IMG/VR virus record: IMGVR_UViG_3300047487_000176
Span: 1 to 55,115 of that record
Reading direction: 5' to 3' (one strand)
DNA from: a virus
Lineage: Duplodnaviria; Caudoviricetes
Length of the DNA: 55,115 nucleotides
This document shows, piece by piece, positions 1 to 8,108 of the stretch. A program made the position numbers and the translations under genes. Position 1 is the stretch's first letter. The number at the start of each line of letters is the position of its first letter. Below the pieces are notes generated by a model that made no database searches, was not told the origin of the DNA, and worked only from the letters and a program-made list of their open reading frames with translations.

Positions 1-482
1 ATCGAATTGAAGACGCCGTCGACGCTGAACCCGACGGCGGGGTCGCAGTCCAAGACGATCGTCCACGCCGTCTTCGGCGCCTCGTCGCGGACGTACCGCA
101 GGCACTCGTTGCGGCAGTAGGCGAGGCGGTTCGTGCGGTCGGCCCCGAACCCGCGGATGTCCTCGCCGCCGAGCGTCTCGTGGTCGACAACCACGCCGAA
201 CGTCTCCCGGGCATATTCGTCGAGCAGTTGGGCCGTGCCGTCGCGAGAGTCGTTCTCGAACACGTAGACGCTCGAGTCGTTGAAACCCTTCCGCATCTCC
301 TCGACCAAGAGCAGCGTGTTCGCGAGCGCCGGCCGGGCGTTCCTCGCGATCATCACAATCGCCGCGTCGAGTTCCTTCGCCGCCCCGCGGCCGATGGCGA
401 CGGCGGTGCGGTAGGACTCCTCGTAGACCGGGTCCACCGGCCAGAAGTCCTCCGGCCGAATCAGTTGTTCTGGAACGTCCAT
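1..482 (-). CDS. GT-A fold glycosyltransferase, truncated by left window edge (absent from ORF track)
   Basis: Manual translation from ATG 482: MDVPEQ...AIVMIARNA...VFENDSRDGT...RLAYCRN...IVLDCD; contains GT2-like NDS.DGT and DxD motifs. Confidence 0.75.
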   Translation of the reverse strand, partial: MDVPEQLIRPEDFWPVDPVYEESYRTAVAIGRGAAKELDAAIVMIARNARPALANTLLLVEEMRKGFNDSSVYVFENDSRDGTAQLLDEYARETFGVVVDHETLGGEDIRGFGADRTNRLAYCRNECLRYVRDEAPKTAWTIVLDCDPAVGFSVDGVFNS

Positions 483-1231
483 AGTTCGATCGGTTGGTTG
501 ATGATCAGTCGCGGATCGCACCATATCTCACCTCCCAGTTGTCGTATTCGGTCGCATAGACCGACGAATCCCTCGTTCTCCATCCGAGCGCCGCATCGCA
601 GGTACTCACCCTTGATGAGCGCGACGCTCCCCACCGTGTCGAGGCGGAACGGCTCCGTCGAATAGCACGGCGAGTACGGGGGCACCGAAGTGAACCTGTT
701 TCCTTCGTGCCGATACCCCCATGTGTCATAGAAAAACGGCAGCGGCGCCGGGCCGCCGTTCAGGTGCAACTGGAGGTGCTCGCCGAGCCTGAGCGCCCCG
801 TCGCACAAGTCGAGCGAGCGGTCCATGCCGACGCTCGCGAGGCACGGCCACCCGCCGGCGACGGCACGCTTCTCGTCGCCATCGAGGACGTCGGCCAGCC
901 GCTGCACCACGTCCGGCGGCGAGATCAGGTCGCTCTCGTGGATGAGCACACGCCCCGCCCCGTGCATGAGCGCGGCGTTGATCGCGACGTCCCCCACGAG
1001 CGAGCAGGCGAGCAAACGATCGGCCGGCTTGTCCCACGGCTCGACAACAAGAATCACCGGCACCGGCGAGTGCTCGATCACGTACCGCAGCATCTTCTCG
1101 GTGGCGTCGTTCGTCGGCCGGACGATCCACACCCAGCCGGACACGCCGGCTTTGTCTACGAGGTGGCTGGTCCGCCGGATGAAATGCTTCCCGACGTCGC
1201 CCATCCACGCGGAGATGCCGATGGTCGTCAT
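461..1231 (-). CDS. Putative GT-A glycosyltransferase-like protein
   Basis: ATG 1231 overlaps aminotransferase stop; LIHESDL, FYDTWGYR, TVGSVALI, IWCDP segments resemble phage GT-A proteins; flanked by sugar genes. Confidence 0.55.
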   Translation of the reverse strand: MTTIGISAWMGDVGKHFIRRTSHLVDKAGVSGWVWIVRPTNDATEKMLRYVIEHSPVPVILVVEPWDKPADRLLACSLVGDVAINAALMHGAGRVLIHESDLISPPDVVQRLADVLDGDEKRAVAGGWPCLASVGMDRSLDLCDGALRLGEHLQLHLNGGPAPLPFFYDTWGYRHEGNRFTSVPPYSPCYSTEPFRLDTVGSVALIKGEYLRCGARMENEGFVGLCDRIRQLGGEIWCDPRLIINQPIELWTFQNN

Positions 1232-2307
1232 GCCGAGCACCTCTCGAGCGCCTCGCACACGGTCTTCGCGTCGTCCCTCGTGAGGCCGCAGTGCGTGGGC
1301 AGGACGATGCCCTCGTCGTGGAGCCGGTGCGCCGCGGAGCCGCCCACGGTGCGAAACGTCCTCATGTGGCGGTGCGTGTTCATCGGAGGGAACGCCGGCC
1401 GCGTCTCGACGCCGGCCTGCGCCATCCGGCGGATCACGGCGGCTGCCTGCATCCCGCTCTTTCGCGCCGCGTAGGCCCAGTACCCGCTCGTGTCGTTCGG
1501 GTGCGTCGCCTGCGGCACGAAGCCGGCCGGCAGGAACTCGCCGTACCAGCGGAAGAGCATCCGGCGGTGCGTCAGGAACGAGTCCAGTTTTTTGAGTTGC
1601 TCGACCAGCACGGCGGCCTGCAACTCCGTCATCCGGTAGTTCGTGCCGGCTGCGTCATGCACGTACCGCTCGCGTGTCTGGGCCTGACCGGCCATGTGCC
1701 GGACCCGCGCCCCGTGCAGCGGATCGCGCCAACCGACGGCCCCGCCCTCCCCGCAGGTCACGGTCTTCGAGCCGTAGAAGGAGTACGTCGTCAGGTCGGA
1801 AACGGCCGGCACGCCGGAACGTAGCGCCCCCAGTCCCTCGGCGTTGTCCTCGATCAAGGCGATGCGCCGGCCGGTCGCGAGGTAGTGATCGTGCCGCCAC
1901 TGCTCGAGCGACGGCGGCGGCGTGCCGTAGAGGTTGACCGTGATGATCGCCTTCGTCCTCGGCGTCACGGCGCCTGTCAGAAACCCCGGCTCGATCGTCC
2001 ACATCTTGTCGTCGATGCCGACGAACACGGGCTTCGCGCCGCAGTACAGGACCGCGTTGGCCGTCGCCACGAAACTGGTCGCCGGCACGATCACCTCGTC
2101 GCCACGGCCCACGCCGGCCGCAAGGAGGGCCAAGTGCAGGGCGGCCGTCCCGCTCGACACGACGTGGCACGGCTGGCCGGTGATGGCTTCCATCGCGGCG
2201 TCGGCTGCATCGCACACCGGGCCGCGGGTCAGCCGGCCGGATGCCAGCACCGAGGCCACGGCGGCGGCCTCCTCCTGCCCGACGATGGCGGCGCCGAACG
2301 AGATCAC
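1228..2307 (-). CDS. DegT/DnrJ/EryC1/StrS PLP sugar aminotransferase (GDP-perosamine synthase-like)
   Basis: SSGTAALHLAL, EDNAEGLG, SFYGSKTVTCGEGG (PLP lysine), GTNYRMTELQAA motifs. Confidence 0.9.
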   Translation of the reverse strand: MISFGAAIVGQEEAAAVASVLASGRLTRGPVCDAADAAMEAITGQPCHVVSSGTAALHLALLAAGVGRGDEVIVPATSFVATANAVLYCGAKPVFVGIDDKMWTIEPGFLTGAVTPRTKAIITVNLYGTPPPSLEQWRHDHYLATGRRIALIEDNAEGLGALRSGVPAVSDLTTYSFYGSKTVTCGEGGAVGWRDPLHGARVRHMAGQAQTRERYVHDAAGTNYRMTELQAAVLVEQLKKLDSFLTHRRMLFRWYGEFLPAGFVPQATHPNDTSGYWAYAARKSGMQAAAVIRRMAQAGVETRPAFPPMNTHRHMRTFRTVGGSAAHRLHDEGIVLPTHCGLTRDDAKTVCEALERCSA

Positions 2308-2597
2308 TGGAGGCTCTCCAAGAAGTGCCGGGCGTCAGCCGCGCTCGTGACCGTCGTCACGGCGCACCCGTAGGAGGCCAGTTCCCTCTGGCGGTGCAGT
2401 TGCACGCGGGTCGGATCACAACCGGGTCGCTTGACCTCGATCCACGCGGCACGACCGTCCTTGATCGCGAGAACGTCAGGCAGGCCGACAACGGTTCCAT
2501 ATGAGCCTCCGTGGGTTTTCATAACCCACCAGCCCAGAGACCGCGCCTGCGCCATGACCTTGGCGACGATCGTCCTCTCCAGAGGCTCGCGCCGCAT
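2304..2597 (-). CDS. VRR-NUC domain nuclease / resolvase-like
   Basis: E..I, GLPD, WIEVKRPG, Q motifs of the PD-(D/E)xK VRR-NUC family. Confidence 0.85.
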   Translation of the reverse strand: MRREPLERTIVAKVMAQARSLGWWVMKTHGGSYGTVVGLPDVLAIKDGRAAWIEVKRPGCDPTRVQLHRQRELASYGCAVTTVTSAADARHFLESLQ

Positions 2598-2609
2598 GGC
2601 CTGATTGTA
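2598..2609 (-). promoter_or_regulatory. -10 element TACAAT 6 nt upstream of ATG (probable leaderless transcript)
   Basis: Minus strand GGATACAATCAGGCCATG; no SD; same spacing at 21192 and 36022. Confidence 0.55.
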
Positions 2610-2630
2610 TCCGCGTGTCGCATTGGCTGC

Positions 2631-2906
2631 CTAGTGGAATCTGTGAGTTTTTGCCACGACCGGGCGGATGCCGCCCCGCGACTGCCGCTTCTTCTTCGAC
2701 CACCGCTCCTGCGCCGCCTCCGCCCCGGCCGCGATCTCATCCTCAGACGGGTCCGGCTGCCGCGTCCAGACCGCCACACGCCTCGGCGGGAGGCCGAGAG
2801 CCTTGGCTCGCCGTGTCACCGTCGCCGCCGATACGCCCAGTGTTTTCGCCAACTCCATGATCGAGCACGTCGCCCAGAGCCGCCGCAGAACCAACTCGTC
2901 GATCAA
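2631..2906 (-). CDS. HTH DNA-binding protein (GcrA-like N-terminus) with DPxxxEI...W C-terminal motif
   Basis: TTG start overlapping upstream TGA; LRRLW..SIMELAKTLGVS..V..RAKALGLP. Confidence 0.6.
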   Translation of the reverse strand: MIDELVLRRLWATCSIMELAKTLGVSAATVTRRAKALGLPPRRVAVWTRQPDPSEDEIAAGAEAAQERWSKKKRQSRGGIRPVVAKTHRFH

Positions 2907-3271
2907 CGCAGTCTCCCGAGGGAATAGACGGGGAAGTGGTACGGCAACGGCCTGACACGCCCGATCGAGCGAAGGGCGAACATCTCGTCCGTCCACCGCG
3001 CCTGCACCTTCGCCATGCGGTGCTGCACCTCCTCCGGCTCGAGTTCCGGTTCAGGGTCTCTGTTCCGCTTCCCCTTGCCGGGGTTGTGCCACGGCTTCCG
3101 CGACGACCGCCGAGGCAGCCTAAGATCGCGCTTGATGCGGTCGAGCACGTAGGCCGACACGCCGAGCGCGGTGCAGATGTCCTCGTTGAGCGCGTCGGTC
3201 CCCCAGATCGCCAGCAGTTTCTCGTGATCGACGACCGCCAGCGGGACGCGGCGGGTTCGCGGTTGCGTCAC
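2903..3271 (-). CDS. HTH DNA-binding protein, paralogue of 2631-2906
   Basis: LLAIW...DICTALGVS..VL.RIKRDLRLPRR; shared QARWT C-terminal motif. Confidence 0.6.
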   Translation of the reverse strand: MTQPRTRRVPLAVVDHEKLLAIWGTDALNEDICTALGVSAYVLDRIKRDLRLPRRSSRKPWHNPGKGKRNRDPEPELEPEEVQHRMAKVQARWTDEMFALRSIGRVRPLPYHFPVYSLGRLR

Positions 3272-3525
3272 CGGCCGCCCCACAACTCGAGTATCCGCAG
3301 GCTCAGGCGGGCGATCTTCTTCTCAGTCTCGTGGGCCTCGTGACGCAACTTCTCCACCTCGGCCGACAGGAGCGTGTTCGTGTCCTCGAGGCGGTGACAC
3401 TTCGCTCGCAGCCGGCGGATCGCCTTGTTCGCACTCACGGCCCCCGCCGTGGCCCGGCGCCACTGCAACTCGTAGTGCCGGCAGAGCGCGAGGAGCCGCT
3501 GGATTTCTGCGTGCAAGTCCATCAT
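3268..3525 (-). CDS. Coiled-coil hypothetical protein
   Basis: ATG 3525 coupled to upstream stop; heptad pattern. Confidence 0.55.
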   Translation of the reverse strand: MMDLHAEIQRLLALCRHYELQWRRATAGAVSANKAIRRLRAKCHRLEDTNTLLSAEVEKLRHEAHETEKKIARLSLRILELWGGR

Positions 3526-3734
3526 TCGATGCCCACTCCGACCTCGTTGGCGATCGTGAACAACTCCTGCCTGACCTCGTCGTAGACCTCGACGCCGTCG
3601 GTGCCGTACTTCGCCTTGTTCCTGAGCCACGACGCCACCCGGCGGAGAACGCTTTGGTACTTGTGGCCGTTCTGGGCTACCTCGAAGTCCTTCTCGTCCT
3701 CCGGCAGGCGGAAGTGCAGGCTCGCGGATGGCAT
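3522..3734 (-). CDS. Hypothetical phage protein
   Basis: Translationally coupled on both sides; LHFRLPED N-terminus common in phage hypotheticals. Confidence 0.6.
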   Translation of the reverse strand: MPSASLHFRLPEDEKDFEVAQNGHKYQSVLRRVASWLRNKAKYGTDGVEVYDEVRQELFTIANEVGVGIE

Positions 3735-3949
3735 CAGTCGTCACCCAGATGCTTGCGTGTGTACGCGACCATTTCGAGCGAGTAGACGGCGAGCGCCTCG
3801 CGGATCATGTAGATGGAGAACGCCATGCCCTTCTGGTCGTCGCCGTTGCACTCGCCGGCGACGCCGTCGAGGTAGTCCATGAGCGTGCGGATCGTCTTCT
3901 GTGCGGCGAGCATCCGCCGCACGAGGTCGAGCCGCTCGTCCTCGGTCAT
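3734..3949 (-). CDS. Hypothetical protein
   Basis: ATG 3949 overlaps upstream TGA. Confidence 0.5.
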   Translation of the reverse strand: MTEDERLDLVRRMLAAQKTIRTLMDYLDGVAGECNGDDQKGMAFSIYMIREALAVYSLEMVAYTRKHLGDD

Positions 3950-4422
3950 GCCCGCGCCCATTCGTCGCCCTTCTTCTGGAAAAGGGTCGGATGCAGGCAA
4001 GCCCGCCGTGCCACGAGCAGCATGTGCGGATGGAAGACGGCGACGTTCGCGCCGTTTTCGTGGAGCACTCCGGCGGCGAGGCCGGCGGCGCACCACGCGG
4101 CGATGCCGCGGTTCCGGTACTCCGGCGCCACGAACGCCTCGAGCGTGTCGTGGTACGTCATCTCCCAGCAATACGGCGGCCCGCCTTGGTCAAGGAAGAC
4201 CGGACTCGTCCGCTCGCCCCACTTCTCCGTCCGGCACCACCCGACGATCTCCCCGTGGTCGCTCGCGATCGCGATGTGCCCGTCGGCCTCCTCCGGCTTC
4301 TGGCCGCGAAGCCACGCCGTCAACTTCCTCTGAAAGTCGCTCCCCGGCTTCGTGAGGCGGTCGCGCAGCCACTCCGCGGCGTGTTCGGGGAGTTGTGTCG
4401 CTGGGTGGATTAGGCAGTGCAT
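3946..4422 (-). CDS. GNAT-family acetyltransferase
   Basis: EIVGW strand and FVAPEYRNRGIA acetyl-CoA-binding motif A. Confidence 0.7.
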   Translation of the reverse strand: MHCLIHPATQLPEHAAEWLRDRLTKPGSDFQRKLTAWLRGQKPEEADGHIAIASDHGEIVGWCRTEKWGERTSPVFLDQGGPPYCWEMTYHDTLEAFVAPEYRNRGIAAWCAAGLAAGVLHENGANVAVFHPHMLLVARRACLHPTLFQKKGDEWARA

Positions 4423-4423
4423 T

Positions 4424-4957
4424 TCATGGCTCAAAGAGTCGCTGTTGCGTGGCCTGCGTGTACTGCCATTCGTCTCCCACCAGCGTGCAGTCATCCATCT
4501 TGATGAAAGCGTTTGCACGCTCCACCTCGCCGCCGTTTACAGTCTCCTGCGTCGTCGTCCGATCGCATCGAAACGGCACGCAGAAGTCCCCTTCCCTGTC
4601 CACGATCTTCTGCAACATCAGCACCCGCGAGTCCACGAGGTAGCAAAACCCGTACAGAGGAATGCACAGCGACCCGCATACGTCTCTCGCGGTCGTGATC
4701 TTCCGCATCGTGACAAGCCACTCGTTATTCCACACCGTGCGGAAACCCTCAAGCGTGATGTCGTACCGACACTTCGCCTCGACGCCCGCGGATATACGCC
4801 CCGCCGGGGACACAAGAAACCCGTCGATCGATGACTCGCTCGTGTCTGGAAACAGCATCACCTTCCAGCCGGGATATGCCTTCTCCAGCATGACGACGGC
4901 ATCCGCAAGGTCTTTGAGTGTCTGTTGCCCGCGAGGTGTTTTGACGGCGAGTCCCAT
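4424..4957 (-). CDS. PD-(D/E)xK nuclease-like protein
   Basis: IDGFL...GVEAKCR motif. Confidence 0.55.
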   Translation of the reverse strand: MGLAVKTPRGQQTLKDLADAVVMLEKAYPGWKVMLFPDTSESSIDGFLVSPAGRISAGVEAKCRYDITLEGFRTVWNNEWLVTMRKITTARDVCGSLCIPLYGFCYLVDSRVLMLQKIVDREGDFCVPFRCDRTTTQETVNGGEVERANAFIKMDDCTLVGDEWQYTQATQQRLFEP

Positions 4958-4959
4958 GA

Positions 4960-5199
4960 CTACACGCTTTCCGGGGTCGCTTCGGACTCCATCCTCTCCC
5001 GATGCCTCGCGCCAAGCACTCCGACGATTTGATTGGCCTGCGCCTGCGTCATCACATCGATCTCATTCTCAGGCGGCATGTGCGGCTTCACGTACCTCTT
5101 GAAGGCGTAGTCGAGTCCGACGCCCATAGTTGCCGCAACCCGCGCTGCCTTGTAGTAGTAGTCCAGCAAGGACAATGGTTCATTGCTTTCACTGCTCAT
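4960..5199 (-). CDS. Hypothetical protein
   Basis: ORF in operon, GGAG upstream. Confidence 0.5.
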   Translation of the reverse strand: MSSESNEPLSLLDYYYKAARVAATMGVGLDYAFKRYVKPHMPPENEIDVMTQAQANQIVGVLGARHRERMESEATPESV

Positions 5200-5224
5200 G
5201 TCATTCGCACTCCGATGGCTCGCG

Positions 5225-5476
5225 TTAGTTCGTTCCGCCGATTAGCGACTCGTACTCATCGTCCGTGATGGCAATGTGCGGCGCTCGTCCACCTTGAGGG
5301 ACTGGTATCCCATTCGACTGAAAGAACTCAGCAATATCTCGCAGGCTCATGTTTTTGAGGTTCGCGGTGGGGTCGATCCTCAGAATGATTCGCGCCGCTT
5401 CCATCCAGTCTGGGTGCTTTCCGAGAGTCGCCCAGTCCCTCTTTCGCATCACAACTATCTTGTCTTCGCTCACCAA
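5225..5476 (-). CDS. Hypothetical protein
   Basis: ORF coupled to upstream gene. Confidence 0.5.
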   Translation of the reverse strand: MVSEDKIVVMRKRDWATLGKHPDWMEAARIILRIDPTANLKNMSLRDIAEFFQSNGIPVPQGGRAPHIAITDDEYESLIGGTN

Positions 5477-5742
5477 ATCACCCTCACCTTCCTCCGCGAC
5501 TCCCGAACCCTGTCACTCCACGATGCCTGTAGACGCAGGCACTCGCGTGTGATCTGCTCCTCCGTCGGGTCGCCCCACTGCCGCTCGCCGTCGCCGTAGA
5601 CCGGGCGTTCGCGGACGACGCCGCAGTTCATGCACGACCTGCACCACGCGGCGAGGCCGTCTGGGCTGGACGGGTGCTTGTAGAACTTGCGGGCCTCGAG
5701 GTGCTTCTTGCATTCGGGGCAGCGTTTGTAGGCGGGGGTCAT
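5470..5742 (-). CDS. Zn-finger protein (CxxC...CxxC) with DPTEEQI...QASWS motif
   Basis: KRCPECK...DGLAAWCRSC; C-terminal motif shared with the HTH paralogues. Confidence 0.6.
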   Translation of the reverse strand: MTPAYKRCPECKKHLEARKFYKHPSSPDGLAAWCRSCMNCGVVRERPVYGDGERQWGDPTEEQITRECLRLQASWSDRVRESRRKVRVIW

Positions 5743-6479
5743 CACTCCACCATCCCCCTCACCTGCTCGATCCACTCCGAAAACAGCGACACGTCGGTGT
5801 GCGCGCTCTCCTCGCCCTCGCGGCTGCGGAGCGGGCCGGTGCCGTCGCGCATCGTGAACGAGTGGATGCCGGCGATGCGTGCGTCCGAGCCGGAGCCTGT
5901 GAAGAGCGGGCCGCCGGAGTCGCCCGGCGCGATCCCGAACTCACGGGAACTCGACCGCCTGTTGATTCCGCAGATGAGGAGCGTCCGCTCCCGCCTCTTG
6001 ATCGTGTTCGTGCCTGCCCGCAGGAGGCCGTCTGATCGCGAGTATCCGCCCGAGATCGGCCCGGTCGCGCCGTATCCTGCCAGCGAGCACACAGTGCCTT
6101 CGTTGTCCGGTTCTGTCGCGTAGCACGGGTAGTGGTCGAGGCCGAAGTCGCCTTTGCACCGCAGGATCGCGAGGTCATGCCAGCCGATATTCGCCTCGTC
6201 GAACTTCGGGTGGACGAACACGGTCGTGACCGGATTGCCGCCGACCGCCACCGTCATGGCCTCGTTGACGACGTGCGCCGCGGTCATTGCCAGATGCGGA
6301 GCGAACACGACGCAGGTGCCGATCGCCAACCTGCCCGACGGCTCGACTACCTCGCACTTCCGCACGTAGGGGGCGAAGGAGGCGCCGTACTTCACGTACA
6401 CGGAGTCAGGCACGGAGTCGTCGATCGTGCCGGCGGCAGCGGCCGATGCGAGAGCGGCGAATGCGAGCGTCGACCTCAC
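5742..6479 (-). CDS. Trypsin-like (S1) serine protease with signal peptide
   Basis: TAAH, HDLAIL, GDSGGP catalytic triad motifs; Ala-rich N-terminal signal sequence. Confidence 0.88.
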   Translation of the reverse strand: MRSTLAFAALASAAAAGTIDDSVPDSVYVKYGASFAPYVRKCEVVEPSGRLAIGTCVVFAPHLAMTAAHVVNEAMTVAVGGNPVTTVFVHPKFDEANIGWHDLAILRCKGDFGLDHYPCYATEPDNEGTVCSLAGYGATGPISGGYSRSDGLLRAGTNTIKRRERTLLICGINRRSSSREFGIAPGDSGGPLFTGSGSDARIAGIHSFTMRDGTGPLRSREGEESAHTDVSLFSEWIEQVRGMVE

Positions 6480-7123
6480 GCTTCCCTCCGCTCAAACTGG
6501 TAGTACATCAGTTCGTCCTCGCCGGCGGTCCACTTCCACCCGGCGGCCTCGCAGGAAAACTCACGCGAGAAGACCTCCCACCGTTCGTGGCCGGCGAGCG
6601 GCCTGCCGATGAACGCCCCGCCGTCGTGCCAGACGACGCGGTTGTTCGGCTGGCAGGCCAGCCTGCCGCAGTCGAGAGCGATGACGTGTCCGCACTTGTG
6701 GCCGGCGGCCATCTCCGCGTAGCCGGTCTGGTGATCCGGGCCGTGGCACCAGTCGATCGTGAAGAGATACCGACCGCTCTCGGTCGACTTGTCCTTCATC
6801 ACGACCGTGCATTTCGCGTTCTTCAGGTAGTCGTGCCTGACGACGCTGAAGTAGGGCGAGAAGCAGTCCCACAGTTGCAGCCAGTCCAGCGGGTAATCAC
6901 GCCGGGTCGCTTCCGGCACGTCCATCCGCAGGTAGTGGATCGGCACCCTCGCGTGCTGGCTGCCCATCTCGCTCATCACCGAGAACATCAGGCACCGCCT
7001 CGGAATGCTGGTCACGCCGAAGACTTCGACCAACAGGCCGTCTTCGCCGGTTGGCAACGAATCGTGCAGGAAGCCCGAGTCGAGCCACGCCCAGAACGGT
7101 GGGATGTCCGCGTTCAGATACAT
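6476..7123 (-). CDS. Conserved-looking hypothetical phage protein
   Basis: MYLNADIPP...LQLWDCFS...YLFTIDW...HKCGH...QPNNR. Confidence 0.6.
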   Translation of the reverse strand: MYLNADIPPFWAWLDSGFLHDSLPTGEDGLLVEVFGVTSIPRRCLMFSVMSEMGSQHARVPIHYLRMDVPEATRRDYPLDWLQLWDCFSPYFSVVRHDYLKNAKCTVVMKDKSTESGRYLFTIDWCHGPDHQTGYAEMAAGHKCGHVIALDCGRLACQPNNRVVWHDGGAFIGRPLAGHERWEVFSREFSCEAAGWKWTAGEDELMYYQFERREA

Positions 7124-7341
7124 CGCTGCTTCTTCTCGAGCCAATCGGCCGCCTTCACGAGCCACGCGGCAGTCTGCCGAAGCAGGTCGACGCGCTCGCT
7201 GTAGTCGAGGTCGCCTTCACGCGGCGGGATCGTATCGATCCGCAGGTCGACATACGGCCTCGTGCATTCGTCCTCGATGCACTGGAGGCAGAACTGATCC
7301 TCGTCGACCACGAGTGCTGCGGGTACCACTTCATTCGGCAT
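7114..7341 (-). CDS. Hypothetical protein
   Basis: ORF with GGAG SD in operon. Confidence 0.5.
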   Translation of the reverse strand: MPNEVVPAALVVDEDQFCLQCIEDECTRPYVDLRIDTIPPREGDLDYSERVDLLRQTAAWLVKAADWLEKKQRCI

Positions 7342-7345
7342 GACG

Positions 7346-7429
7346 TCACTCCATGTATCGCATGAGGCTCAGATACGTCGCGGCTCCTGCCGCAACGAGG
7401 ATCACGAAGACGTTCGCCCATGTGTCCAT
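7346..7429 (-). CDS. Small single-TM peptide (27 aa)
   Basis: MDTWANVFVILVAAGAATYLSLMRYME; coupled to csrA stop. Confidence 0.4.
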   Translation of the reverse strand: MDTWANVFVILVAAGAATYLSLMRYME

Positions 7430-7605
7430 CACGGCTTCTCCGCGACGGCTGGCTTCGGTGCGACCAACTCCTCGCGGAGGACAGTCGTGTCCCGCGGGGC
7501 GACGACGCCGATGCGGACGCGGCCTTGCTCTACGCCGCGCACCTCGATGACGACGTCCTTGCCGATCAATATCCGCTCGCCAATTCGTCTGGTCAGGCAC
7601 AGCAC
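7429..7605 (-). CDS. csrA: Carbon storage regulator CsrA/RsmA RNA-binding protein
   Basis: GTG start after AAGGAG; MLCLTRRIGERILIG.DVVIEV....GRVRIGVVAPRDTTVLREEL matches the CsrA consensus. Confidence 0.92.
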   Translation of the reverse strand: MLCLTRRIGERILIGKDVVIEVRGVEQGRVRIGVVAPRDTTVLREELVAPKPAVAEKP

Positions 7606-7640
7606 TTGAGGCTCCTTCCTCGTTTGTGTCGGTCGGAAGC

Positions 7641-8108
7641 CTAGCAGGCTGCCGGATTCTCTGCAAGCCATGTTTGGCACGCTTCTCTCGCCGCAGAGTC
7701 CTTGTGGTTTTTGGCTGCGTATTCGCAGTATTCCCGCCATCTGGGTTGACCTGCGGCCTCCGCGATCCCCATCCCCTGAAAACGTCCGCTTGAGAACGCG
7801 AACGCTTTGTGCTCGCCTGCCGTCTCCTGCTCAGGCTCCGGCTCTTCGCGGGCGTCGATCCACTGCCCGGTCCCGCAGTAGCAGCACTCGATACGCCACT
7901 GGTCTCGGCACTTGTCGGTCACGTCGTGGCACGCCCCTTGACAGTTCTGGTCAAGGCACAAGACGTCGCCGTCGAGCCGGCCCAGAAACGAGATCGCCCG
8001 CCGAACCGTCGGCATGAACGTCGCCTTGGCCTCTTCCGGCGAGACCGCCTTCTTGGTCTTCTTCTTCCGCGGCTCGTCGGTGGGCGAGATGTCGAAAAGC
8101 AGGCTCAT
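7641..8108 (-). CDS. Cys-rich (Zn-binding) hypothetical protein
   Basis: ATG 8108 coupled to helicase stop; CLDQNC..C, CCYCG. Confidence 0.5.
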   Translation of the reverse strand: MSLLFDISPTDEPRKKKTKKAVSPEEAKATFMPTVRRAISFLGRLDGDVLCLDQNCQGACHDVTDKCRDQWRIECCYCGTGQWIDAREEPEPEQETAGEHKAFAFSSGRFQGMGIAEAAGQPRWREYCEYAAKNHKDSAAREACQTWLAENPAAC

